Shown: in pieces, positions 31,146-40,919 of the stretch
How positions within the stretch are numbered: the first letter of the stretch is position 1
How the letters are laid out: the number at the start of each line of letters is the position of its first letter
Assembly: GCA_031285565.1 (NCBI GenBank)
Contig: JAITVY010000048.1
Location: forward strand, 2,276 to 66,275
Origin: Tannerella sp.
Lineage (GTDB): Bacteria > Bacteroidota > Bacteroidia > Bacteroidales > Tannerellaceae
DNA length: 64,000 nt
Direction: 5' to 3'
Translations under genes and position numbers: made by a program
The notes under the pieces: model-generated
Told to the model about the DNA's origin: nothing
Databases searched by the model: none
Seen by the model: only the letters and a program-made list of their open reading frames with translations

Positions 31146-31445
31146 ATGTCGCAGTTGAAAAACTTTTACAATCGATATCTTTCCCGTTTGAATAAGTATT
31201 GGTTGGTTTTTATCATTTTTGTTTTTCTTACGTTTACCGTGGGAGATAGTACACTTTACAATCGTTTTATATATGATCAAAAGATACGTGAGTTAGAGCG
31301 GGATATTAGACTATATGAAAAAGATATAGAAGTGAGTCGTAAAAAATTAGATGATCTTCATGCGGATAAAGACAGGTTAGAAAAATATGCTCGTGAAGAG
31401 TTTTATATGAAAAAACCGGATGAAGATGTTTTTATTATAGAATAA
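31146..31445 (+). CDS. Septum formation initiator (FtsB/DivIC family)
   Basis: TM helix, coiled coil, LEKYAREEFYMKKPDEDVFII. ATG 31146 lies downstream of the -7 box. Confidence 0.9.
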   Translation: MSQLKNFYNRYLSRLNKYWLVFIIFVFLTFTVGDSTLYNRFIYDQKIRELERDIRLYEKDIEVSRKKLDDLHADKDRLEKYAREEFYMKKPDEDVFIIE

Positions 31446-31790
31446 ATGAATACACAAATACGATCGTTAGTTTTTGTATTATCAGGAATACTTGTTTTGG
31501 CAGGGGCCGTATTATATATAAGCCAATGGATATATGCTCCTTATCTGTTTGCTGTTGGTGCAGCTGGTGTTGCTGTTTGTTATCTGACAACTCCATATAA
31601 ACAATTGGGATTTCGCAGGCGTCGTTTGCATCGGTTTAATGTTATTGCCGGAATCCTGATGATTGTAGCCTCAGTTTTTATGTTCAATGGGCGAATGGAA
31701 TGGGTAGCATGTTTGTTTATTGCAGCAATATTACAACTTTACTCTTCTTTTGTAAATCCGAAGGATGAAAAGGAAGAGGATAAAAAATAA
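31446..31790 (+). CDS. Hypothetical 4-TM membrane protein
   Basis: Hydrophobic segments with an RRRRLHR loop; abuts the upstream gene. Confidence 0.8.
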   Translation: MNTQIRSLVFVLSGILVLAGAVLYISQWIYAPYLFAVGAAGVAVCYLTTPYKQLGFRRRRLHRFNVIAGILMIVASVFMFNGRMEWVACLFIAAILQLYSSFVNPKDEKEEDKK

Positions 31791-31826
31791 AGGAGCTCTC
31801 TCGTTTTTTTGAGACAACTCCTTTAT
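31787..31826. terminator. Bidirectional terminator between convergent genes
   Basis: Imperfect stem ATAAAGGAG..CTC / GAG..CTCCTTTAT. Confidence 0.6.
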
Positions 31827-31846
31827 AAAAAAAAGATATGATTTTT

Positions 31847-32452
31847 TTAGTTACTGCTTGGTGAAGACCATCTTTTGTTTAGGAATTCAATTACTTCAGA
31901 TGTTATATTGAATGAATCATCAGCTAAAAAAACAGGGCTTCCGGCTTCGTTGCTGAGAATCAAATGGTAACCTTTTATTTTATTATATTCTTTCAGGTGA
32001 GATACAATCGTATCGCGTAATTGTTCATTCATTCGTTGAGATTCTTCTATTAATTCTTGTGACAATTTTTCATCAAGTTCTTGCAATTCCTGTTGTTTTT
32101 TCTGTAAACGTTGTTGTTCCTGTTCGGCTCTGGCTTGGGTTGCAAAGGCTCCATGTTGGTATTTATACTGAAAGTTTTCTAATTCAGACTGAAAAGCCCT
32201 TGCTTTCTGGGTATAGTTAGCAGTTGCATTTTCCCGTTTTCTGACAATCTGTTCAGTTAAATCAATGGAGAAATTGTAACTCAATAATAATGAGTCAACG
32301 TTGATATATGCAATCCGAAGACCCGAAGTCGGATTTTCAGATACAGCTGAACCTTGTTCAGAAGATGTTTGTTTTTCTTCTGTACACTGAGAGAATAAAA
32401 CAAAAATGACAATCGCTAAAATGCCATTTGTTACAAAGCTAACATGTTTCAT
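31847..32452 (-). CDS. OmpH/Skp-family periplasmic chaperone
   Basis: IAYINVDSLL, long Q/E coiled coil, NITSEVIEFLN. Confidence 0.9.
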   Translation of the reverse strand: MKHVSFVTNGILAIVIFVLFSQCTEEKQTSSEQGSAVSENPTSGLRIAYINVDSLLLSYNFSIDLTEQIVRKRENATANYTQKARAFQSELENFQYKYQHGAFATQARAEQEQQRLQKKQQELQELDEKLSQELIEESQRMNEQLRDTIVSHLKEYNKIKGYHLILSNEAGSPVFLADDSFNITSEVIEFLNKRWSSPSSN

Positions 32453-32501
32453 AGGACGAAAATTATTTCATTTATTTTACTTGTCAATAATACAATGTTA
32501 T

Positions 32502-32711
32502 TCATTGCTCAAGATATTCGAACAAATTTTTCTTTTCAGATGCCTCCCAATCCTGAGTTTTTGCACAATGAATTCCTTTTTTCCTTAATGCCTGATTGTT
32601 TCCTATATGTCCATTAGGAAACCGACCATTTTTTTTCAAAATGATCTGGATGCTCATAAGAATGATACAAACTGTAAGAATTCCAAGTGTTATCAGTAAT
32701 ATTACAAACAT
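32502..32711 (-). CDS. Small hypothetical single-TM protein
   Basis: MFVILLITLGIL...KKNGRFPNGHIG.N.ALRKKGIHC from ATG 32711; upstream -7 box TATATTTG (32731-32738). Confidence 0.75.
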   Translation of the reverse strand: MFVILLITLGILTVCIILMSIQIILKKNGRFPNGHIGNNQALRKKGIHCAKTQDWEASEKKNLFEYLEQ

Positions 32712-32842
32712 TTTATTATATTTGTGGACGCAAATATACGAGTTTAAGTTATACGACAGCATTCTTTTTCAAAATTATTCTGTTTTTTTTCGAATTAGTG
32801 TTTGTATTTTTCCTGAAATTAACGATTTAGCAAGAATTCAAT

Positions 32843-32903
32843 GTTTTCGTTAAGCAGGCGAGCAGAAGAAAAGTTTACTTTGATTATGCCGCTGCGAGAA
32901 AAC
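32843..32903 (+). repeat. Structured repeat GCAGAAG-stem-ATTATGCCG, copy 1
   Basis: Shares its core with 34603-34663 and has nested stems GTTTTC/GAAAAC, GCAG/CTGC and AAAGT/ACTTT. Confidence 0.6.
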
Positions 32904-33042
32904 AACTGAGTGAATTAATATTTCCGTTAAGCGATTGAACCATAGGTTTCTAAAAGAGCTTTAAGAAAAAGGAGGAAGGATAAAGGATGGGATAGGGATG
33001 TTTCTACTTGATACCAAAGAAAACAATTAAAAAAAATATAGA

Positions 33043-34509
33043 ATGAAACAAATTATAGATTTAAAGCCAGGCATAGTTTGGAAATACTTCGATGAGATAA
33101 CACAAGTGCCGCGTCCTTCTAAAAAAGAAGAAAAAATCATTCGGTACTTAGAAGATTTTGCAGCAAAACATAATTTACCGGTAAAGAAAGATAGGACCGG
33201 AAATATTCTGATTAGTAAGGCGGCTACAACAGGTTATGAGAATTTGCCGACTGTTATTCTACAATCGCATATGGATATGGTTTGTGAAAAGAATAACGAT
33301 GTGGTGCATGATTTTGATAAAGACCCTATAAAAACAGTGGTTGATGGTGACTGGTTGTGGGCAGATGGAACTACATTAGGTGCTGATAATGGTATTGGAA
33401 TGGCTGCAGAGTTGGCTATTCTTGCTTCGGATGATATCGCACACGGACCATTGGAATGTCTTTTTACAGTAGATGAAGAGACTGGTTTAACGGGTGCTAA
33501 AGCACTGGAAAAAGATTTTATGACCGGAAAAATATTACTGAATTTAGATAGTGAAGATGAAGGCGAGCTTTTTATCGGGTGTGCAGGGGGCAAAGGTACT
33601 GTAGCTACATTTACTTATGAGCCGGTTGCTACACCTGAATCTATGCAATATTTTCGTATCACTGTTACCGGACTCAATGGCGGGCATTCCGGTAGTGATA
33701 TTCATAAAGGTTTAGGCAATGCAAATAAACTGTTAGCCCGGTTTTTGTATATTCTGAAGAAAGACATCCGTTTTGTATTATCCTGCTGGGAGGGTGGAAA
33801 TCTGCATAATGCAATAGCACGTGAAGGTTATGCTGTAATAGGTTTACAAAGCGAAGATCGTGAAAAGGCGCGTGTTTTATTGAATCGTTTTGCGGCAGAC
33901 ATTGAGATTGAACTGAAACATGTCGATCCGAATGTTCGTATGATAATGGAAACGGTTGAACGGCCGGCAACATGTATGAGTGATGAATTTTCGGAAAAAT
34001 TGATAGAGTCCGTATTAGTTTGTCCGCATGGAGTAGTGGGGATGAGCCATGATATGGCAGGATTAGTGGAAACTTCTACAAATCTGGCATCCATAAAGAT
34101 GCAAGGTGAACGTAAGATAGTGATTGGCACAAGTCAGCGCAGTTCACTTGAATCTGCAAAGAATGCTATAGCCGATCAGGTTGCTGCAACTTTTTTACTG
34201 GCTGGAGCCGAAGTTGAGCATGGAGAAGGCTATCCGGGCTGGGCTCCGAATCCACAATCGAAAATTCTTAAAGTCGCACAGGAAACCTATCGAAACCTAT
34301 TCCATAAAGATGCAAAAGTAATGGCGATTCATGCAGGTCTGGAATGCGGACTTTTCCTGGAGAAATATCCTTATTTGGATATGATATCGTTTGGGCCGAC
34401 TTTACGTGATGTACATTCGCCAAGTGAGCGGATTGAAATTGCGACGGTTGATTTATGGTGGAGGCATTTACTGGAATTGCTGAAAAGTATTCCGGCAAAT
34501 GAAAAATAG
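33043..34509 (+). CDS. pepD: Aminoacyl-histidine dipeptidase (M20)
   Basis: PRPSKKEE, LQSHMDMV, TTLGADNGIG, VDEETG, IHAGLECG. Confidence 0.95.
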   Translation: MKQIIDLKPGIVWKYFDEITQVPRPSKKEEKIIRYLEDFAAKHNLPVKKDRTGNILISKAATTGYENLPTVILQSHMDMVCEKNNDVVHDFDKDPIKTVVDGDWLWADGTTLGADNGIGMAAELAILASDDIAHGPLECLFTVDEETGLTGAKALEKDFMTGKILLNLDSEDEGELFIGCAGGKGTVATFTYEPVATPESMQYFRITVTGLNGGHSGSDIHKGLGNANKLLARFLYILKKDIRFVLSCWEGGNLHNAIAREGYAVIGLQSEDREKARVLLNRFAADIEIELKHVDPNVRMIMETVERPATCMSDEFSEKLIESVLVCPHGVVGMSHDMAGLVETSTNLASIKMQGERKIVIGTSQRSSLESAKNAIADQVAATFLLAGAEVEHGEGYPGWAPNPQSKILKVAQETYRNLFHKDAKVMAIHAGLECGLFLEKYPYLDMISFGPTLRDVHSPSERIEIATVDLWWRHLLELLKSIPANEK

Positions 34510-34561
34510 ATATATGATTTGATTCGTAAAAAAATGAATTGGCTCAAAATATAATTAAAAA

Positions 34562-34683
34562 AAGAGCGTTCTAATAGTATTCATAAGAATATGGATTTTG
34601 AACATTTTAAGTAGCGAGTGCAGAAGCCGAACTTGTTCGGATTATGCCGAGTCACACAAAATGACTATGTAATAAACGCTTTT
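34562..34683 (+). repeat. MITE/REP-like element containing GCAGAAG-stem-ATTATGCCG, copy 2
   Basis: Ends AAGAGCGTT / AACGCTTTT (8/9 inverted match), inner CATTTT/AAAATG, central hairpin CCGAAC-TT-GTTCGG. Confidence 0.55.
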
Positions 34684-34695
34684 TAATTTTATTTT

Positions 34696-36216
34696 ATGAC
34701 TAAAGTTGCGAGTATAAAAATATTACTTTTACTCTTTGCAAGTATTTTAATAGGTTGCGAAAAATTTGATAATTATTCGACGAATCCGAATCATGCTTTG
34801 ACGTTTTCGGTCGATACGATTTCTTTTGATACTATATTCTCATCTGTAGGGTCTGTAACCAAACAGTTTGTAGTTTATAATCCCAATGACGAAGCCTTAA
34901 AAATTGAATCTATCCAATTGGCGAATACAGGTAAAAGTGGGTTCCGTATCAATGTTGACGGACGAAAAGGTGATCAGTTTAAGAATATAGATATATGGGG
35001 AAAGGATAGTCTGTATATATTGGTCGAAGTAACTGTTAATCCGAGTGGGCAGAATCAGCCGCTTGTTGTTGAAGACTCCATAATGTTTTATACAAATGGA
35101 AACCGTCAGTCTGTTTTATTGCAGGCTTATGGACAGGATGTGCATTTAATAAAAGGAGGCGTTGTTTACGATAAAGATATAACGTTTACAGCAGATAAAC
35201 CTTATTTGATATATGATAGTATTATGATTGCTGAAGGAGCTACATTCACGGTTGATAAAGGTGCGACATTATATATGCATAATAAAGCCAGCCTTATTAT
35301 ATCCGGAACGATGAAAGCGGTAGGGACGATGGATGAACCGATTGTTATTCGGGGTGACCGGTTGGATTCTTTTGAAGCAGGAATTTCTGTACCATACGAC
35401 TGTGTCCCGGGTCAATGGGGAGGTATTTATTTTGCGGAGTCGAGTTTTAATAATGAATTTGATTATGTGTTTGTACGAAACGGTACATCCGGACTGGTAT
35501 ACTGGAAATCCGATCCTGAAAAAATGAAGATGCAGATTAGCAATTCGCAGATTACAAATATGGATGGAAATGTCCTGATGGCAATAGATTGTCAGATAGA
35601 GGCTGTTAATTCTGAGTTCTCGAATGCAGCCGGCGCTTCAGTTGCATTAGTCGGTGGAGTATATCATTTTATTCATTGTACTATAAACAATCAGCAAAAG
35701 ATTGGAAAATCCCGTGATCCGCTTGCACGGACACTAATGCTTAGTAATGTGATAAAGAAAGAAAAAGAGGAAACAACGTATCATTCGTTAAAACAGGCTT
35801 ACTTTGATAATTGTATAATTGATGGTTCATATCAAGCTGATTCTACACGATTATATCAAGGTGAAATTAGTTTTTCGCCAAGTGATGAAAATGATATAAA
35901 AGGGAATAATGAGACATTTAATTACAGGTTTAATTCCTGCTTTATAAAAACAGCCCGTGTTACAGATAATGACCGGTTTATTAATGATTTATATATTTAC
36001 TCTCCGACATATCTGAAAACGGGGGGCAAAGACAACACATACGCATACGATTTCCGTTTGAAAAACGAATCTGTAGGAATAGGGAAAGCCGACCGGACAA
36101 TATCGGAGGAATATCCTGTTGACCGCTATGGAGTTAACAGACTGACTTCTGAATATGGTCCTTCCATAGGAGCTTATGAGTATGTTTATCAGGAAGAAGA
36201 AGAGAATAAGAAATAA
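34696..36216 (+). CDS. Hypothetical lipoprotein (Ig-like domain plus beta-helix-like region)
   Basis: Lipobox LIGC, FSVDTISFDTIF, FRINVDG, PGQWGGIYF, C-terminal IGAYEY. Confidence 0.8.
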   Translation: MTKVASIKILLLLFASILIGCEKFDNYSTNPNHALTFSVDTISFDTIFSSVGSVTKQFVVYNPNDEALKIESIQLANTGKSGFRINVDGRKGDQFKNIDIWGKDSLYILVEVTVNPSGQNQPLVVEDSIMFYTNGNRQSVLLQAYGQDVHLIKGGVVYDKDITFTADKPYLIYDSIMIAEGATFTVDKGATLYMHNKASLIISGTMKAVGTMDEPIVIRGDRLDSFEAGISVPYDCVPGQWGGIYFAESSFNNEFDYVFVRNGTSGLVYWKSDPEKMKMQISNSQITNMDGNVLMAIDCQIEAVNSEFSNAAGASVALVGGVYHFIHCTINNQQKIGKSRDPLARTLMLSNVIKKEKEETTYHSLKQAYFDNCIIDGSYQADSTRLYQGEISFSPSDENDIKGNNETFNYRFNSCFIKTARVTDNDRFINDLYIYSPTYLKTGGKDNTYAYDFRLKNESVGIGKADRTISEEYPVDRYGVNRLTSEYGPSIGAYEYVYQEEEENKK

Positions 36217-36219
36217 CGA

Positions 36220-37236
36220 GTGTCGAAACTATTTTTAATTGTTAACTTTTGCATGGTATTTTCGTATAAAACATTTGCTCAAACATCTCAACAAGAGTTT
36301 CGGGTAATGTTCTATAACGTAGAGAATCTGTTTGACCTGTACGATGACCCGGAAACAAATGATGATGAATTTTTACCGGATGGAGCCCGACATTGGACAC
36401 CTAACAGGTATTATGCCCGTTTACGGCAAACAGCCCGTGTGATTAGCGCTATTGGAGAATGGGGAACACCTGCTTTGGTTGGGCTTTGTGAGGTTGAGAA
36501 TGATACCGTATTAACGCATTTACTCAACCGGACTCCGTTACGTGAACAACAGTATCACTATTGTATGACACGTGGAAATGATGCACGTGGTATTAATAGC
36601 GCATTATTATATCAACGGGATAAGTTTAAATACTTGGGACATACATCCGAACGAATCCGGTTTTCAGATAAAAAGAAACGTTCGCGTGATATCCTGCATG
36701 TATGGGGGGAACTGATTACAGGCGATACGCTGGATGTATTTGTATGCCATTTCCCGTCTCGTTCGGGAGGAGAAAAGGAAACAGAACAAGGTCGTGTAGA
36801 CGCGGCAAGGCATTTACGTAAAATCTGTGATTCATTATATAATGTGCGGAAAACGCCTAATATGTTGGTCATGGGTGACTTTAACGATACTCCGTTTAAT
36901 AAAAGCGTTCGAAAAATAGTAAAGGCGTCAAATCCGAAACGAAATTTCATTAATTTGTGCGAAGATGCAGAAACCCTGAATTTTGAGGGTAGCCATAAAC
37001 ATCAGGGTGAATGGATGATGTTGGATCAGATAATGGTTAGTCAACCCTGGAAGCGATATTTAAAAACGGGAAGTGTGAAAATATTTTGCCCGTCTTTTTT
37101 GTTAACAGAAGATAAAGCCAGAAGGGGGAAACGCCCGTTGAGGACGTATCATGGCTATAAATACGAAGGTGGATATAGTGATCATTTACCGGTTGTTGCT
37201 GATTTTTTATTACCTTTGGACGGCATTAACCAGTAA
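36220..37236 (+). CDS. Endonuclease/exonuclease/phosphatase-family protein
   Basis: FYNVENLFD, GLCEVEN, HFPSR, MGDFND, GYSDHLPV. Confidence 0.92.
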   Translation: MSKLFLIVNFCMVFSYKTFAQTSQQEFRVMFYNVENLFDLYDDPETNDDEFLPDGARHWTPNRYYARLRQTARVISAIGEWGTPALVGLCEVENDTVLTHLLNRTPLREQQYHYCMTRGNDARGINSALLYQRDKFKYLGHTSERIRFSDKKKRSRDILHVWGELITGDTLDVFVCHFPSRSGGEKETEQGRVDAARHLRKICDSLYNVRKTPNMLVMGDFNDTPFNKSVRKIVKASNPKRNFINLCEDAETLNFEGSHKHQGEWMMLDQIMVSQPWKRYLKTGSVKIFCPSFLLTEDKARRGKRPLRTYHGYKYEGGYSDHLPVVADFLLPLDGINQ

Positions 37237-37245
37237 AAGAAAGAG

Positions 37246-38934
37246 ATGTTTCGTAAATTTATATACTGGACCCTTTTTTGGGGAATCGGTTATTTTTCTA
37301 TTCAGGCACAAACTTTTCATAGTCCATTTGAATTCCCGCTTTATTTAAGTGGAAATTTTGGTGAATTACGTCCGAATCATTTTCATTCGGGTATTGATTT
37401 TAAAACGCAGGGAGTAGAAGGAAAGCCTGTTTCCGCGGTCAGGAAAGGATATGTGTGCCGGATTGTTGTCAGTGCATGGGGATATGGCAATGTTGTTTAT
37501 CTGGCTCATCCGGATGATGGTTTGAAAACTGTATATGCACATTTACAGCGATTTACCAAAGAAATGGCTGCGTATGTGAAAACAAAACAATATGAACAGG
37601 AAAGTTTTGCCGTTGATTTGTCCTTTTCTCCTGAACAATTTCCGATAGATGCAGGAAGTCTGGTCGGATACGGTGGAAATTCAGGTAGTTCGGGAGGCCC
37701 ACATTTACATTTTGAAGTGCGCGATCTGGAAACTGATGAACCGGTTGATCCGTTACCTTTCTATAAAACAAAAATAAAAGATACCCGTTCGCCGCAAGTA
37801 CGGGCTATTATGGCTTATCCCATGGAAAGAGAGGGAGTCGTTAATAACTCTTCGCAAAAGCAGAACATACAACTGACTACCACCAAAGAAGGAAAACAAT
37901 CTGTTTCTGCAAAAATAGAAGCATGGGGTAAAATTGCCTTTAGTATCAATGTAGATGATTTTATGGACGGTACTAAAAATGTGTATGGAGTGAATGAATT
38001 AACGATGCTGGTAGATAATGAGGAATTTTTTCATAGTTATCTGGACCGGTTTTCACTGAATGATACACGTTATATAAATGCGTGGGTAGATTATGAAATA
38101 TGGCAGAATAAAAGATCATTTTATACGAAGATATTTGTGGAGCCGGGAAATAAGTTGCAATTCATAAAAAGTAAAAACCGGGGATATATAGATATTCAGG
38201 AGGAACGTCCATATCATGTGATTTTTGAATTAAAAGATGTATATGGTAATACTAACCGTATCTCTTTGAATGTGCAGGGTAAAGAGCAAATAATACCTTC
38301 ATTCAATACGGACAGTACTTCTTTTTTTCAGTGGTATACTGAAAACCGTTTTGGAACCAAAGGTATGCGCCTGCTTATTCCTCGCAACAGCTTGTATAAT
38401 GATCTGTACTTTCGTCATGACGCAGAAGCAAATACTACGTACCTGTCTGATATACATATCTTACATGATGTACCTGTACCATTGCACCAAAAAGCACAGT
38501 TGTCATTATACTTGTCACAGGATTCATTGGTAAATAAATCACAATACGGAATCATTTCCATTCGGAATAAAAGAATATCATGGGTGGGAGGTACTTATCG
38601 TGACGGCTGGATTGATGGAAGAATATCCGAATTAGGAATCGGATATGCGATAGCTACAGACACTGTTCCCCCCAAAATTAATCCGATAGAAAACAATAAA
38701 TGGGTTGAGAAGAAAACAATTTCTTTTAAGATCACAGATAATCTGAGTGGAGTAGAAAGTTATCGGGGTGAAATCGACGGACAATATGTATTGTTCGAAA
38801 TGGATGGGAAAAAATCATTGATACGGTATGCTTTTGACGCTGAACGGTTGCCACGGGGAGAGCATTTTTTATCTTTAACAGTTACAGATGCTTGCGGTAA
38901 TGAGTCAGTATATAATTCCTCTTTTACGTGGTGA
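37246..38934 (+). CDS. M23-family metallopeptidase
   Basis: FGELRPNHFHSGIDFKT, YAHL, GPHLHFEVR. Confidence 0.92.
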   Translation: MFRKFIYWTLFWGIGYFSIQAQTFHSPFEFPLYLSGNFGELRPNHFHSGIDFKTQGVEGKPVSAVRKGYVCRIVVSAWGYGNVVYLAHPDDGLKTVYAHLQRFTKEMAAYVKTKQYEQESFAVDLSFSPEQFPIDAGSLVGYGGNSGSSGGPHLHFEVRDLETDEPVDPLPFYKTKIKDTRSPQVRAIMAYPMEREGVVNNSSQKQNIQLTTTKEGKQSVSAKIEAWGKIAFSINVDDFMDGTKNVYGVNELTMLVDNEEFFHSYLDRFSLNDTRYINAWVDYEIWQNKRSFYTKIFVEPGNKLQFIKSKNRGYIDIQEERPYHVIFELKDVYGNTNRISLNVQGKEQIIPSFNTDSTSFFQWYTENRFGTKGMRLLIPRNSLYNDLYFRHDAEANTTYLSDIHILHDVPVPLHQKAQLSLYLSQDSLVNKSQYGIISIRNKRISWVGGTYRDGWIDGRISELGIGYAIATDTVPPKINPIENNKWVEKKTISFKITDNLSGVESYRGEIDGQYVLFEMDGKKSLIRYAFDAERLPRGEHFLSLTVTDACGNESVYNSSFTW

Positions 38935-39046
38935 TTTTTCTGTAGAAAATTGAATCAGTTCCTTAATAAAGATTATCTTTGTAATAACTAAAAACGGTTT
39001 CTTTTGTAGGAAAGAGGCTTTTAAAATATTATAAATAGCTGTATAT

Positions 39047-40795
39047 ATGGAAAATGCAGAATTACTGGATGTTGTAAGAAAGAAAGCTCAGGCTTGGCTA
39101 GGCAATGAGTACAATAAAGAAACACGTGAGCAGGTACAGGTATTGTTAGACAATGAAGACCCGACAGATTTGATTGAGGCTTTTTACAAAGATCTTGAAT
39201 TTGGAACTGGTGGTTTGCGGGGTATTATGGGAGTGGGAACTAATCGTATGAATATTTATACGGTTGGTGCTGCAACACAGGGACTTTCTAATTACTTACG
39301 CAAGGAATTTTCAGGTCTGGAACAAATAAAAGTTGTTATAGGCCATGATTGCCGTAATAACAGTCGTTTGTTCGCGGAAATTTCTGCTGATATTTTTTCA
39401 GCAAACGGTATCAAAGTCTACCTTTTTGAAAATCTGCGCCCTACGCCAGAAATATCATATACGATACGTAAATTAGGTTGTCAAAGCGGTATTATTTTGA
39501 CAGCATCTCATAATCCTAAAGAATATAATGGCTATAAGGCTTATTGGGATGATGGTGCACAAATGATTGCTCCGCATGATAAAAATACAATTGCAGAAGT
39601 AAATAAAATCCGTACGGCATCCGATATTAAGTTTAAAGGGAAAAAAGAACTGATTGAAGTTGTAGGAAAAGAAATTGATAAGCAATATATTTCGGATTTA
39701 ACGACTATTTCACTTTCTTCGGATGTTATTAAGCGTCACCATGATATGAAAATAGTATATACTCCTATTCATGGTACTGGCGTTCAGATTATTCCGGATG
39801 CACTAAAAGCGTATGGATTTACAAATATTATTCATGTGCCGGAGCAGGATGTGGTTAGCGGTGATTTTCCTACGGTTATTTCTCCGAATCCGGAAGAACC
39901 GGCAGCTTTGGCTATGGCAGTTGAAAAAGCTAAAGAAACAGATGCTGAGTTGGTACTGGCATCTGATCCTGATGCAGACCGTGTAGGCGCTGCAGTAAAA
40001 AATGAGGCAGGCGAATGGGTGCTTGTAAATGGTAATCAGACGGCACTGTTGCTTGTATATTATTTAATTACACGATGGAAAGAGTTGGGACGTTTGCAAG
40101 GGAACGAATATATTGTTAAAACAATTGTGACCACTGAAACGATCCATACAATTGCCGAGCGGAATGATGTTGAAATGTATGACGTATACACCGGTTTTAA
40201 ATGGATAGCCGATATTATGCGTAAAAACGAAGGAAAGAAAACCTATATTGGCGGTGGTGAAGAAAGCTACGGCTTCTTATGTGAGGATTTTGTTCGTGAT
40301 AAAGATGCTGTTTCTGCTTGTTGTATTTTAGCAGAAGCGGCAGCCTGGGCTAAAGATCAGGGAATTACATTATATCAATTGCTTCAAAAGGTATATTTGG
40401 AGTATGGCTATTCAAAAGAAGTCAATATTTCGGTTGTAAAGAAAGGTAAGAGTGGTGCTGAAGAGATTGAAGCAATGATGAAAAATTATCGTGAAAATCC
40501 ATTAACCGAAATTGCTGGTTCAAAAGTTACTATCTTTTATGATTATGCATCATTAAAGGGTTATAGCTTTACAGATAAAGAAGAATTCTCGATTAATATG
40601 CCTACGACTTCGAATGTTCTGCAATATTTTACAGAAGATAGAACAAAAGTTTCTGTTCGTCCTTCAGGTACTGAGCCGAAAATTAAGTTTTATTTTGAAG
40701 TACATGCTGATATTGATTCCATAGAAGATATTATGCAAGCTGAACAAGTTGCTCTTGAAAAAATAGAATTAATAAAAACCTCTTTAGGTATTTAA
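39047..40795 (+). CDS. pgm: Phosphoglucomutase / phosphomannomutase
   Basis: FGTGGLRG, TASHNP, DPDADR, GGEESYG, RPSGTEPKIK; -7 box TATCTTTG at 38974-38981. Confidence 0.93.
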   Translation: MENAELLDVVRKKAQAWLGNEYNKETREQVQVLLDNEDPTDLIEAFYKDLEFGTGGLRGIMGVGTNRMNIYTVGAATQGLSNYLRKEFSGLEQIKVVIGHDCRNNSRLFAEISADIFSANGIKVYLFENLRPTPEISYTIRKLGCQSGIILTASHNPKEYNGYKAYWDDGAQMIAPHDKNTIAEVNKIRTASDIKFKGKKELIEVVGKEIDKQYISDLTTISLSSDVIKRHHDMKIVYTPIHGTGVQIIPDALKAYGFTNIIHVPEQDVVSGDFPTVISPNPEEPAALAMAVEKAKETDAELVLASDPDADRVGAAVKNEAGEWVLVNGNQTALLLVYYLITRWKELGRLQGNEYIVKTIVTTETIHTIAERNDVEMYDVYTGFKWIADIMRKNEGKKTYIGGGEESYGFLCEDFVRDKDAVSACCILAEAAAWAKDQGITLYQLLQKVYLEYGYSKEVNISVVKKGKSGAEEIEAMMKNYRENPLTEIAGSKVTIFYDYASLKGYSFTDKEEFSINMPTTSNVLQYFTEDRTKVSVRPSGTEPKIKFYFEVHADIDSIEDIMQAEQVALEKIELIKTSLGI

Positions 40796-40817
40796 TCTTG
40801 TAAAAGGCAAAAAGATT

Positions 40818-40847
40818 AAAAGACTGCCCAACAGGCAGTCTTTTTTT
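40818..40847 (+). terminator. Intrinsic terminator after pgm
   Basis: AAAAGACTGCC-caaca-GGCAGTCTTTT followed by further T's. Confidence 0.9.
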
Positions 40848-40919
40848 ATTATCAAATATTTGATAATAAAAATCAAATAAATTGATACGTTCTGATTATT
40901 AAAGTATTATATTTGTAGT

